A model generated the notes under the pieces. The model was not told where the DNA came from, did no database searches, and saw nothing but the letters and a program-made list of their open reading frames with translations. This document shows, piece after piece, positions 1 to 13,170 of a stretch of DNA of 64,000 bases (position 1 is the first letter of the stretch; every line of letters begins with the position of its first letter). Location of the stretch: the NCBI GenBank assembly GCA_973895155.1, contig OZ316894.1, positions 3,248,944 through 3,312,943 of the forward strand, read 5' to 3'. Both the position numbers and the translations under genes were made by a program. The stretch is from Marsupella aquatica. Its lineage: Eukaryota > Plantae > Marchantiophyta.

Positions 1-3000
1 GCCAGTAGTGCGGTAGGCCTCGCAGGACAGGAATCAATCATCCCAAGCATGGGAAATGTACCGCTGGCTACTCCGACGACGCAATTTTCACATCCGATGA
101 CATCTAATGTTCCTGCAGCACCGCCGTTCCAGACCTGTCTCTCTCTCTCTCTCTGGGTGCGGCGAAAACCAAGCGATTTGAACTAAACCGAGATCGGCGT
201 CAGGACGCATTAGCAAAATTCAGAAAAGCCGTTAAAAAATTGGAGCTTCTGGAAACGCGCAAAACACTACAGCATGTGCGAGATACGCGGAAACAGGGGC
301 AGGAGTATCTTGCCTCAATGTGCCCAGTGCCTCTGTTCGATATCGCACAGTACATCCGTGTTTGACAAGCAGGAAGGCAAATAGTAAAGGGACAATTCCG
401 GAGCGGTTTGACAGGTGATGCGTAACATGGTGCCCATCGTTGACGAACCACTCTTGAGGTTCAGAATGAGTTCCAGCTCTGAACCTCTGCTGTTGTGAGT
501 TCGTCTGGTAGACTGGACGAGGCATAAAAGTCATATCATAGGCCGGTATGAATTCCTGATCGATAGGTCGACTGGTTGATGCGTTCAGATTACCCACTGA
601 TGAAAAAGGGGCTTTAAGCGCTATAGAACGGAGACGTGTTGGGTTGAAAGCCGCCAAAATTCTTTTGTCCGTTGGGAATTAGAGTCTTTCACATAGACAT
701 CCAACCAGGATAAGAAATAAACTGCCGTTTGCATCTTTAATCGGAACGCACGAGACAGTGGAAGAGCGCATAGGGTGTGGTTGATTATTACAGAGGGTTG
801 ACGACCTGTCGCCTTCACCATTGCAGGAGGATTGTGGTTTGCCTTGCTTTGCTTTGATTGCTTACCTGAAGGCTTGCAAAAGAAGCTCGCCAATCTTCCA
901 TGTGCTCGGAGGTTTCCCGTTCATGGAGGAGGTTCGCATTCGCATCGGCAATCCTGAATTGGAAATCCAAAAATTCCTCATCACTTTCGGACGACGAGCC
1001 TTCGTCTAGTTCTAAAAATGCCTCGACAAGACCAGCAGGAGTTGTTGGCTCTGTTCCAGTTGTGGTTGGCGTTGCCGATGTTGCTGCCGCTGCTGCTGGT
1101 GCGAAGGTGTTCTCATTCATACTTTGAAAACTGTTTTCCATGGACGTCATTGGGCCCCTTAACTACCTGATCAAATCTCTTTCTTGCCAACTGCAGCGTC
1201 AGAAATGATCACAGCTGTGCCATTCCTTCTGGCAAACGTTCCTTGCGTCCATTGCGTCCCGTCGATGAAGTTGATTGCCACTCCTGAAGACGACACCTAC
1301 TGTAGTTGCAGCAGTAGTCGGGTCCCGTTCCTTGCCTGTTCGTGGATGATGTTGATCAAACACAACACAGTGCCCCCACCACCCCATACTAGATGCTCTG
1401 CATACTCACAATGCCCTCCACGTCGACCGAGGAAAAGACCGTTGTCGTCTTCCCACCAGTTAGAACCAACAAGCTCGCTGCGCTGTATCTCGGTACTCAA
1501 CTCCAACTAATTCCAGCGACGGAGGGCCCATTTCCCTTCTACTCTAGGATGAATGCATGTCGAGAAACAACACCAACATCTCCTTCTGACAGTGAATGTC
1601 GTGAGGTAAGGATTCGATCAGCGTTCGTTCTTCGAGAACAATTTCACGGAAAAATGACAATAAAATCGTTCGCAGAAGGTAGAGACCTAGTCAATCGGAG
1701 GTAAGGAATCGTTCACTGCCTCGTTTTGAATGGACAAATCTATCCCTGCCTATCTCTCTCAGCCAACTACGCTATCTTCCATGAACGAGGAGGGCCCTCC
1801 CTTGTCCGAGACGAGCACCAGCGATGTTTCAAAGGCAACTCCGTGTCACCCTCTCCAACTGGAAACGTGCATCAGATAAAAAAAAGTAACAAGCACTCGA
1901 GAAGTAGAATCTAATCCATGCCGAGTTCCCACCTCAGCTCAGCTCAGCTTCGCCGGTGGTGGTCGAAAAGTAGCTCCGACTCCGCTCTTCAAAGAGGATC
2001 AGAAAGCTACGGGCAATCAAAAAGACAAGTAACAGGGGGCCCGCTGATGATGACTGCTCTTCTTTCCGATCCTCCCTGAAATAAGGAAGCACGGAGCAAA
2101 AGCAAGCGGTCCCCGCGCGAGTAAACTCTGTTTCAAAATAGGCCCCAACCGAACCGGTCAATACCGGTCATCGTCTTCTAGCTGTACATCAAGCAGCTTC
2201 CCGCGTGTCTATCGTTCACAAAATCATCGTCATCGAGAATCTTTCAATTTCTCCACCTTCCAATTCCCCAATCTGCTGCACCATTCTGGCCTCAGTCTGC
2301 CCTCTGTCCAGAGCTCTACACTTCTACGTCCATTAATCTATCAATCAGTCCGAGCTGCATCCCGCTTCACAGAGCTAGAGTAGAAATTCCTCCAAAATAC
2401 AACGCGATATGACACTCTACTACTGCTACCAAAGTCTTAGTGGATGTATGCACTAAACCAACTCTGGCTTGGCGATAGAGGGAAGTTCCACTCTACGACA
2501 TCTGCAGACTGCGTCGGTGTGCAAATCCAACGACCTGAAGCCAACCGACAACGCTCTCAGCCGATTTCCCAGCTCGCTCCTCCACAGGAACGCTTCTACT
2601 ATCGTAACTCCGCATCCGAAGGTTCATCATCATTGTCACTCTCCTCATCTTGCGGACTATAACGAATCCGAACCGTCCGCGTCATTATCCACATGAAAAA
2701 GCATGCGTAGAGAGAGGAAGGGAAAGTAAAAGAAAAAGAAAAACCACTGTACACATGCTCTAGGGATATAACTGGCACCGCGAATCCTGATAAGAACGAG
2801 CTCCAGACAGCAGCACTTCACGGAACCGAATCTCGGGGAAAGTACTAAGGAGGAGGAGGCAAGGAATGAAGGAAATCTCCGGAATGCTAATCACGCAGCA
2901 CCTCCGCGGCAGAACGCGCAACATCATCTCCAACGAGCGATGAGAATTACTGACGCCTTTGCTTTTGCCATCGATCAATCACTCACTCCTCCAGCTTGCA

Positions 3001-3397
3001 GCACGAATCGGACAAAAGCGTTTCACAATCCGACTAGCAGCTTCGGCTTCGGCTGACGAGCACTTCGGCAGTAATGCAGCGTCCAAGGCTCCGAGCTGCT
3101 TTCTTCCATCGCGCATTCTTTAGGCTCTACAGTCGCGTTTGCATCGCTTGCGTGCATTTGCTCGAGTCTCACGACACGATCAGAGCACGCACAGGCCAGC
3201 ACCACCAGCGCCGAATTGCAGTCTTGCAGAGGACGGGCGGGGCGGCTCCATTAATGTGAGGCGGCATTATCAACCACAACTCACGGAACTAACTTCCTGA
3301 TGAGAGGAGCAAATCGAACAGAGAATCATTCTCGACTGCCGCGATTGAGCTCTTCACCCTCTTTCAACCCTCAACACTGTAGAATAGGGAGTCTCAA

Positions 3398-3612
3398 AGC
3401 TTCAAAATTGCTTGACCTCTTAACTTAATAATTAAGGTTATGGACAGCAAAAATATGGACTACCAAAAAGTCACAGCTTCAAAATTGATTGATCTCTTAA
3501 CTTAATAATTAAGGTTATGGACAGCAAAAATATGGACTACCAAAAAGTCACAGCTTCAAAATTGATTGACCTATTAACTTATTAGTTAAGGTTATGGACT
3601 ACCAAAAAGTCA
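3398..3612. repeat. Tandem repeat, 77-bp unit, about 2.8 copies, inside an imperfect inverted-repeat pair (about 3377-3407 / 3716-3745); possible MITE
   Basis: Unit agcttcaaaattg..ttaacttaataattaaggttatggac..caaaaagtcac starts at 3398, 3475 and 3552. tctcaaagcttcaaaa on the left is mirrored by ttttgaagctttgaga at 3716. Confidence 0.75.
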
Positions 3613-5072
3613 GTCTGGAGACTAACGGAAAATGAAAAATGAATTTAATTTTTTTACATTATTCTGTGAAAAAGTTAAGACCATTTGCTTGTGGCAAAAA
3701 GCACTCATGTTCAACTTTTGAAGCTTTGAGATACCTTGTTCTATAGCCATCATCTCCAGCTTTGAGACGTTGAGACACCCTGTTGTATAGCCATCATCCC
3801 CAACTTTGACGCCCTAGTTTTAAACATTTTTTTTCCTTTTTTAGTCATTGTGGCAAATGTCCTCTCTGAGGAAGAAGATGCTTCCAATAATACTCCTTAT
3901 GTGTATTTCCTGACCATTAGATCTCCTTAGATTTAAGGTAGACAGTCAGATTCTGTCAAATGGGGTCTATGCTTCATAAGTGGGAAACTGGCTAATGTGA
4001 TAAAACAATCTAGGTAATTTTGGCCAAAAGTGTCCCAAAAAATGGAGGGAGGTGGAATCTGGCAAAATTTTGCATGTATAGAAATAATACTCTCGCCTCC
4101 AACCCAACCTAGGTCCCGCTGTTGACCTTTGTCTCCTAGTAGCTTGTGTCATCCTTTGAGTTACACACCCACTAATTCTTTGCAATCATGTGTCTATCTT
4201 AAGTTATGGCTCCTTGCCGGTGATAGCATCAATGGCACCATTGTCAAGCCATGCAAATGGCACAACCAACCCTGGGTGCACCTCAAGTTGGAACTGAGCC
4301 AACGAGTCTCCCCTATGTTTCCCTTATATAATGCATCAGCATTCTTGTGTCACTTTTCTTCAATTGGCATAGAGCAAGTATTAGGTAGTAATGAATCTCA
4401 TTATTGATCACAATTGATTCATGGTTTGTGAGGTTCTTAGAAGAAATAATAGTTTCATATATGTTTTATGGGGACCAGTCACCCACAGGCCCGGTTTGGT
4501 CCCCCTTTACAGTCCATAACACTACACATTGCATGATGATCAAGATCTTCTACTTTGTAATGATGTGCAAGTTTGTGTATATCTCTGTACTTTGATGTCT
4601 CATGGTCAAATGTACTGTAATGCTGGCAGCACTGACAGTGCAATGCAGTGTAAGTGAATGCTGATTTGTAAGCATGAACACAATATATTATGTGTAAAGT
4701 TTTGAAGTCCATTGTAAATTGATGCATTGTGGCGAGTTAGTAGGCTTCTTGTTCAACACCCTCACACCATTTGAATGAGTGAAAGGACAGAAAAATCAGC
4801 AAATAGTACGCAAAAGGTATATATGTGGTCTCCAAACGGGTCCAAAAATTAATGGCCACCACCAAACAAACTACAACTGCACGTTGATAAGCAGTTTATT
4901 TTATGGCTTTGGAAAAAAGGGAGGGAAACCCCACACAGAAAATTGGCTGGGAAACCAGCAGGAGGGCAAGGCAAACCCCTAAACTTTTTTCCAAGAACTT
5001 GCCATGGATCACACTATCTAAGTGTCCTGCTAAGCATCAACTCACGCTTGAGAGAACAGAATCCGATAACTG

Positions 5073-5406
5073 TGTTAAGGATTGCTCTTAGTCTTGTGAC
5101 TCAAAGGTTACGGCACTTAGGCTAACCACAGTTAGGGTCTTAGCTGAGGTTAGGTTAGTTGTGTGTGACCTTGTATATACCAGGGCTAGTGTAAGCCGTT
5201 GGTGTGTGGTGTGCTTACTCATTGTAATGGAGCAGCTTGAGGAAGAGGGAGAGCATGTGTGTTCGTCTACTCTTGAAGTAAAGCTTGAGTGTTCGTGTGG
5301 ACGTAGCCTTGGAGAAAAGGTGAACCACGTAGAGATTGTGTCGACTACGTGTGCATGGAATGAATCATGGTTGTATGGTCGTTGCGAATGATGTCTTAGT
5401 TCAACA
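5073..5406 (+). repeat. 5' LTR of copia element
   Basis: TGTTAAGG...TTCAACA; matches 11949-12282 with 8 substitutions by manual comparison. Confidence 0.97.
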
Positions 5407-5408
5407 AT

Positions 5409-5420
5409 TGGTATCAGAGC
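5409..5420 (+). promoter_or_regulatory. Primer-binding site complementary to the 3' end of initiator tRNA-Met
   Basis: TGGTATCAGAGC, 2 nt after the 5' LTR. Confidence 0.96.
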
Positions 5421-5741
5421 AAGCCTGGGAGGTGACGTTGAGGTGATCAAAATTTTTGTGACGTGTTGGCACCTGACGGTTTTTTCCAGCGATTAGAGTC
5501 GGTGGATTTCACGGAGTTCCGTCGCATGGAACTTGGAGGTGTTGGGCTCACGGATAGATCGGGGCAAGGGCTATCTAACGGTGTAAAGAAATCTTTGAAT
5601 GGAGTTTGTGGTGCGGAGGAATTCATGTTTCCATCGTTCTGGATTTTTTGTGATTCGTGTTCGACGGTTTTCTTCGACGGTTCTTTCGGGGGAGGACCTG
5701 AGATCGTTTACTCAACGGTGTGAGATTTGTGGTGGACGAGG

Positions 5742-5890
5742 TGACGCATACTATAGCTATGATATAGACCTTGTAGATCGGGCATATATATATATGATAT
5801 ATGATAAAATGACGCATACTATAGATATATATGCTATATGATAAAATGACGCATACTATAGATATATATGCATAAAATGATACTATAGTC
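5742..5890. repeat. Short AT-rich minisatellite in the copia leader
   Basis: About 3 degenerate copies of (atgataaaat)gacgcatactatagatatat. Confidence 0.75.
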
Positions 5891-7257
5891 ATATAGTCTG
5901 CTATCGAAGGTGTAGCGAGTGCGACGTTTCGAGCAAAAGAGCCGTTCTGAGTTTCTGACCGGCTATGAAGTCTTCTTTTGACTGAAGCGGGGTTTCTTGT
6001 CGTTACGTCCGACTCGGAGGAAGATTCGTGAAGTGCTACGGCTTAAAGGAGAGATCGCGGTGAGGCGGTCATTTTGAGTCCGGGATTGGCACTTAACACG
6101 AAGTGAAGGCGACGTGATGAAAGGTTTTTTCTCTACTGTGCCTGCAAATAGTGCCGGTGAATACGAAATTTTTTTCCCGTCATCGATCTTCATTTTCTCG
6201 AGCAAAACGGAAGGTGCATTTTTTCTTTTGAAACAACATTTGTTTGTTTGGGGCAAAGCTTTGGTTTTAAAGGGGTTTTTCCACCCCTTATGTGTGTATA
6301 CACACACAGGGTCGACCCCATCGCGCGCCCCATCCCCCTCCCTCATACAAGCCCTTCGCCATTTTTTGGTTGTAGCCGCGACCGCCGTGGACCCTATCGC
6401 GCCGACCGGCACCCTTCGCCCTGCCCACGCCTTGCCAGGCCTTGCCACCCCACCTCCGGTTGCTCCTTACCCCGTCGCACCCCGTTTCCCCCTCCTGCCG
6501 CCGTTTTTCCTCGGTCGCTGCTTCGCGGCGTATGTTTTGTGTTTTCGGTCAGCTGCCCTTGTAACCCCGCCTCAATGCCCTGTATTTTTGCCTGGCCCGA
6601 CATGCATCGCCTATACGCGTGTGCGCCTTTTGGGGCCGTATTTTAGTAAAGGGGCTTAACACCCCCTTTAGGCCCTTATTTTTATTTTTCCCACTCCTCA
6701 TTGGTTATGCCGCTTCTCGGGACCTGTCGCCCTCCGAATTAATCGCTACGACAAGGGGAACGGCCCCCTGTGAGACCTGCTGCACAGTCCGGGGAATATT
6801 CTGAAAAAACAAAGAGTTGTTTTTTGGCCTTTAGTCAAAGATTCCAAGGTCCGAATGATAACTTTTTTTGGATCTTTTTTGGCGAGGACGTAGCCACTGA
6901 AGCTAGCAACGCGGTGCACCACTTGATTTGCATTTTCGACGATGGGTGGTACTTTGAATTTTTCTTATTCCCCGAGGTGGTCAACACGGGGGAGAATTTT
7001 TGAGTTTTATCCACCTTGACCGAAACATGAAAAAGTTTTTCGTCGGATCTCAATTTTGATTACAGATTTGAGCGTTGGCTTGCTAGGCTAGTGGGCTACG
7101 TGGTGGTGACAAGTTTCAAGTTTTTTGGAAAGTTGCAGAAAACAACATTTTTTCGTGACTTGGATTTGAGTCAACAAGAAGGAAGGAAGGAAAAAGCAAC
7201 AAAAGCATATAGGGAGCAACACAACAATAGCACGTGGAGAACGTTGGGAGGGCAACG

Positions 7258-10200
7258 ATGGCATCCAAGTTTGGAGGTGTCAAGTTTGAGGTGGAAAAGT
7301 ATGATGGGCGCACAGATTATTTGCTATGGGAGAAGCAGGTTAAGGGAATTCTTCGTGCTATGGGCCTAGATCATCTGCTATCGACTCGGGAGGAGTCTAG
7401 GAGTGAGGAGGAGATCCCGTTGAGGAAATGGAGGCAGGAGCAAGTGATCGCTGTGAATGCGGTTATGCTGTATCTAAAGCCGCATATCATTAAGAAGCTG
7501 GACGACTACGAGGATTGCGTATCCTTATTCAAGGCCCTGAGAGAGAAGTACTACCGCGAGGATGCCTCAGATCGGTTGTACAAGAAATCTCTCTTAATGA
7601 GCTTGAGGCTAAAAGGAGGTGTTTACAAAAGACAGTAAACAGGAAACAAGATTTAATAACAGAAACCGGTAACAGGAAAAAAAATGGTAACAGGAAAATG
7701 GGTGAAAAAAAATTTTGAAATTTTTATTTTGAGAAAAAAAAAGTTTTTTTTTCCGGTTGATCAGTTTTTTTTGCTAGCGCCCGGCGCTGCTAATAGTAGC
7801 GCCCAAAGCTAGCCAAAAATGTTGCATTATTAATTTTTTTGGGAAATAACATGTTTTAGGAGACATTTTTAAATTATCATTTTTCCTGGTAACAGTGATT
7901 TTTTCCTAGTAACAGCATTTTAAAAACAGGAAAAAAAAATCTTGTTTACCTGTTTCCTGTCTCCGTCGCTATACCCGCTAAAAGAAGGAGGCAAGCTTCG
8001 AGATCACTTGGATGAATTCGATAGCCTAGCTGTAGATTTGTCAAATCTTGGCAAGGGAGTGGAAGATGAAGATAAGGCATTGCTTCTTCTTAGCTCCTTA
8101 CCCCCATCGTATCAAGGTTTGAAATAGGTTCTCTTGTATAGAGACCTCAAAACCATTTCATATGATGAGGTGGTAAGCTCTTTGCTGTCAGATGATGCAC
8201 AGAAGAAACTGGGTCATACCCAAACACCATCTTCATCTGGCAGTGTGTTAAATATGAACCGTGGGAGGACTCAACAACGGATGACTAGTGAAAACAGGTC
8301 TTTTTCACAATCATACCCCTCACAGAATAGAGGCAAGGAGAAGGCTCGGTCTAAGTCTAGATCTAGCTCTAGAGAGAAATCTCTAGAAAGGAAACCAATT
8401 ATATGCTGGAAATGTAACAAGCCCGGCCACATGAAAAGAGATTGTCGAGTCAAGCAGACTCATCAACCATCAGCGAACGCAGCCACTGATGTTGATATGA
8501 TTGACTTGCTTGATGATGAAATCTTGTGAAGTCAAGATGTTGCCCTTTGCATTTCATCCAGTAACAACGGTGATGAATGGATTTTAGATTGTGCTTGTAC
8601 CTATCATATTTGTTGTATGAAAGATTTTTTTTAGTTCTTACTCAATATCAATCGGTTCCGTGTTGATGGGGAATGATCATCCTTGTCAAATTGTTGGAAT
8701 TGGATCCGTGAAAATTTGGATGTTTGATGGAGTTGTGCGAACAATGAGTAATGTCAGACACATACCTGACATGAAAAAGAACTTGATTTCTCTTAATTGG
8801 AATGCTGGAAGCAAATGGATGTCGGTGGAGTTCTGCTGATGGTATTCTTCAAGTGTCAATTGGAGGCAAGGTTGTCATGAAGGGTAAGCGGCACAGGAAT
8901 CTATACTTGTTGGAGGGCAACGTGATTTGTGAAGAAGCCAATGTAACTAGATCTCAAGGCGAGATGACTCAGTTGTGGCACTACAGATTGGGACACATGC
9001 GTGAAAAAGGTTTGGCGGTACTTCGCAGGAAAGGACTTCTTTTTAATTTGGAATCTACTAAGATAAATTTTTGTGAACATTGTGTACTTGGGAAGCAGCA
9101 CAGGAGAACATTTGGTGTTGGAACTCACAATACCAAAGCTATACTTGAGTATGTACATAGTGATGTGTGGGGTCCAGCCCCAACTCCCTCACTTTCTGGA
9201 AAATTGTACTATGTCACGTTCATTGATGATTACTCCCGGTATGTGTGGATCACATTTATACACGCCAAGTCTGAAGTTTTTGGCACTTTTAAGAAGTGGA
9301 AAGCCCAAATTGAGAATCAGATTGGATCCAAAGTGAGATATCTACGATCAGATAACGGCGGGGAGTACAGTTCAAGTGAATTTGAACTGTACTGTGCAGA
9401 GCAAGGAATTACTCGCCATCTCATGACAATTTATACTCCTCAATAGAATGGTGTTTGTGAGCGGCTGAACCGAACACTATTGGAGTGATAGAGGAGTATG
9501 TTGAGCCAATCAGGGTTACCGCATGAATTTTGGGCTGAAGCTGTAAATACGGCAACTGATTTGATAAATCTTTATCCTTCAAGTGAAATCAATTTCAAGA
9601 CGCCGTTTGAAATGAGGTATGGACGGCACGCAGACTATTAGGTTTTGAGAGTCTTTGGAAGTGATGCATATGCTCTCACACCTAAGTAGAATCGATCTAA
9701 ACTAGATTCTACTTCCAAGAAGTGTCTTTTTCTTGGTTATCAACCAGGTGTGAAAGGTTATAGGCTATGGGATCCAGAAGCTTGTACGTTGCTTGTCAGT
9801 AGAGATGTATCCTTTAATGAATCCAGATCATCAAAGGAGGGGGAGAATATTTAGACTTCCCGTACTGACAAAGGTAAATCTCCTATCCTGGACCATATTG
9901 AGGGAGAGATTGGTCATGAGGGTTTTTATGACATAGTTGAAGGATGTGCTCCAATAATGGAGCTGGTTCCGATGATAGAACAAGAAGAGCAGGTTGTTGT
10001 TGGAATACCTCAAAATCAACCAACGGAGCAAGATCAGCCAGAATCATCAGCTAGAAAATCAAGGCGAACTACTCAAGCTCCTACAAGGTATGGACAATGG
10101 ACAGATTCATCAAGGTTAGATAATGTTGACATTGCACCTAATGATGATGATAGAGCACTGATCTTGGAAGAAGGAGAACCGTCTTCATATCATGAGGCAA

Positions 10201-11744
10201 GCATTTCAGACGAGAAAGATTAATGGAATGCAACAATGCAGAGGGAGTTGCAATCTTTAAGTGACAACAAAACATGGGAGCTGGTGCAGTTGCCAAGTGA
10301 TCAACAAGTGGTGGATAGCAAGTGGATTTACAAGCTGAAGGACAACTCTTGAGATGGAGGAGACAAGATATACAAGGCAAGGCTTGTTGCCAAGGGATTC
10401 ACTCAGGAGAAGGGAGTGGATTACAATGAGGTCTTCTCTCCAGTTGCCAAGTATTCCACGATACTAATTTTGTGTCAACTTGTTGTGTTTTTTGATCTGG
10501 TGTTAGATCAAATGGATGTTGTTACTGCTTTTCTCTATGGCACTTTGGAGGAACAAATTTTCATGAGGCAACCACTGGGCTTTGTGAAGAAGGGTCAAGA
10601 AAGTTTAGTTTGCAGGTTGCTTAATCCCTGTATGGATTGAAGTAAGCTCCTCGACAGTGGAACAAGCGGTTTGATGATTTCATGCTTACACAAGGATTCA
10701 CTAGAATGGTATATGACCCTTGTGTGTATACAAAATCAGTCAAGAATGGTGTGTTTGGTTTACTCATTCTGGTGCTCTACGTGGATGACATATTGATTGC
10801 GGCTAAGGATCAAACTGAGGTTGACAAACTCAAAGCAAAATTGAGTTCTGAATGAAGGATCTTGGAAAAGCCAAAAGGATCTTAGGTATGGAGATTACGA
10901 GGAACTTTGAAACTGGACAGTTGTGGCTGAATCAAGGCAAGTATGCTGAAAAGGTACTTGCAAGATTCAACATGGAAAATTGTAAGCCAGTAAGTATTCC
11001 TTTGGCTCCACATTTCAAGTTATCATCGGCTTTCTGCCCCACAAATCCAGTGGAGAGAGGCTTGATGACTAAGGTTCCTTATGAGAAGGCAGTGGGCAGT
11101 CTAATGTATTTGATGACATGTACCAGACCTGATCTAGCCCTAGCAATGGGCAAAGTTAGTAGATTCATGGGAAGGTACACTAGGAGGCTGTGAAATGGAT
11201 TCTCAGGTATCTTAAGGGCACAATAGACTATGGTCTATTGTTTGAAAGTAGATCAAACAAAACCAAATCTTTGGTTGGCTATGTAGATTCTGACTACGAA
11301 GGTTGTCTGGAAACAAGAAGGTCAACGACTGGGTATGTGTTTACTCTTGGAGAAGGATGCATAAGTTGGAGATCTACCTTGCAGAAGTGTGTATCTCAGT
11401 CTATTACAGAAGCAGAATATGTTGCAGCAGCAGAAGCAACAAAGAAAGCAATTTGGTTGGATAAGCTGGTCACTGAGATGGGATTGGAGCATGGAAAAAT
11501 GGCTCTTCATTGTGACAGCCAGAGTGCGCTTCACCTAGCTATTAACCAGGTTATGGATAGCAGGGTGAAACACGTTGACATCAGGTACCATTTTATTAGG
11601 CAAGCAGTGTCTGATAAAATGTTTGAGCTAGTCAAGATTGATGGAAAACTCAGCCCGGCTGATGCTTTTACCAAAGTGATTCCTTTGGAGAGTTACTCAA
11701 GACACCGTGCTACTTTGCAGGTTTTACATTTGCAACACAAGTAG
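7258..11744 (+). pseudogene. Copia gag-pol polyprotein, disrupted by stops, frameshifts and a MITE
   Basis: Gag start MASKFGGVKFEVEKYDG..W; Zn knuckle CWKCNKPGHMKRDC; protease WILDCACTYHIC; pre-integrase LWHYRLGHM and CEHC; integrase HSDVWGP, FIDDYSR, LRSDNGGEY; RT YKARLVAKG and LYVDD; RNase [29 protein letters not shown]. Confidence 0.96.
7616..7976. mobile_element. 361-bp MITE inserted in copia gag (8-bp TSD; hAT- or Mutator-type)
   Basis: TSD GCTAAAAG at 7608-7615 and 7977-7984; inverted ends gacagtaaacaggaaacaagattt / aaatcttgtttacctgtttcctgtc; removal restores gag MSLRLKEGGKLRDHLDEF. Confidence 0.93.
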
Positions 11745-11937
11745 AGTAACTTAACAAGATGTGATTTATGCATATGAGTTACTCAATCCTGTTATGGCTA
11801 CGGCTTAATTCTAGTTAACTCTTAGTTAACCTTAAATGGTTTTTAGGGGGACACCTATGGTTTTAGGTGATTGTCTAGAATTTCCCACTGAGTATCTCAT
11901 ATGGATAGCAGAAATTGCAGTCCCCAAGACTAGAGTC

Positions 11938-11946
11938 AAGGGGGAG
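11938..11946 (+). promoter_or_regulatory. Polypurine tract of copia element
   Basis: AAGGGGGAG just upstream of the 3' LTR. Confidence 0.85.
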
Positions 11947-11948
11947 TT

Positions 11949-12282
11949 TGTTAAGGATTGCTCTTAGTCTTGTGACTCAAAGGTTACGGTACTTAGGCTA
12001 ATCACAGTTAGGGTCTTAGCTGAGGTTAGGTTAGTTGTGTGTGACCTTGTATATACTAGGGCTAGTGTAAGCCGTTGGTGTGTGGTGTGCTTACTCATTG
12101 TAACGGAGCAACTTGAGGAAGAGTGAGAGCATGTGTGTTCGTCTACTCTTGAAGTAAAGCTTGAGTGTTCGTGTGGACGTAGCCTTGGAGAAAAGGTGAA
12201 CCACGTAGAGATTGTGTCGACTACATGTGCATGGAATGAATCATGGTTGTATGGTCGTTGCGAATGACGTCTTAGTTCAACA
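11949..12282 (+). repeat. 3' LTR of copia element
   Basis: TG...CA; near-identical to the 5' LTR; followed by TSD AACTG. Confidence 0.97.
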
Positions 12283-12689
12283 AACTGCTGCATGCACGCC
12301 CCATCACCTGAAGTTTTGTTTTGTTGTTCTCAAAGGTTGGGACTGCAAGAGCCAGAGTGTTCCCTGCCTTTGCCCTTGGATCTCCCATTATAAGTGCCAT
12401 CAGGCCTTCCTCAAGAGGGGGTTGAGGGATGACATCCTCAGTAACTCATACGATGCAATCCCTTAAGTATAGCAATGTAAGAGAAAGGACTGCCTAATGC
12501 AAGACAGCCCTAAGATCAAGCAAAACACATCATGGAGACTTGGTGGTCACATCTAAAATAACTAGATACACTAAAATAGAGCTACACCCTCACTTGACAA
12601 ACAACTCCTCTTAGACCCTGCATCTGGGTGGACTTGCTTGTTCCCCCAGCATTTCATGACATTTGACACTAGTACATTTTTGCTCATTT

Positions 12690-13170
12690 TCCGATGCTCC
12701 CGCTGAAACATGAAACAGGCGTCCGATAGCCAGAGTTACGCAAACTTTCGTTAACAAAAGTATCGGAACTTGCGATCCCCACAGCTTCGGGAACCCAGTA
12801 TCCAATTTCCAAAACATCGGACATAATTTGCGATACGCTTAATATTGGAACATATCCGATGTCTTGACTATCGGACCCCTCTTCTAAAAATTGTTACTAA
12901 ATTTCCGATCCCTGAAGTATCGTATTTGATGTCCGATTGAGTAAATTACGGAAATATTGCGATCAAAAATGTATCACTTAGTGCTTCCGATAGGTTGGGT
13001 ATCGGAAATTGTTTCCAAAGTAGTGTGTATCACAAATAAGTCCGATGCGACAAGAATCGGAAATGGAGTCCGAAAGGGTTTATATCGGATATATGTGGTT
13101 CGAGGTCAAGATTTGAACAAGGAGGTGTTTCGATGGGCTTCCGTTGTTTTAAGCATGGGAAATGGTATCG
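12690..13170. repeat. Left subterminal repeats of CACTA (TCCGAT/ATCGGA motif)
   Basis: Dense direct and inverted copies of (T)CCGAT / ATCGG(A). Confidence 0.85.

Larger units (their letters stand above)
5073..12282 (+). mobile_element. Full-length Ty1/copia LTR retrotransposon (inactive)
   Basis: Two 334-bp LTRs (TG...CA); 5-bp TSD AACTG at 5068-5072 and 12283-12287; PBS and PPT present; copia domain order gag-PR-IN-RT-RH. Confidence 0.98.

Noticed and set aside
5088-5450. 120-aa ORF duplicated at 11964-12293
   Set aside because: Both lie antisense in the LTRs; the duplication is explained by LTR identity, and there is no protein motif.
5963-6659. Overlapping 161/181/132-aa ORFs in the copia leader (possible extra gene)
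   Set aside because: Open on both strands because the DNA is GC-rich and stop-poor; no recognisable domain.
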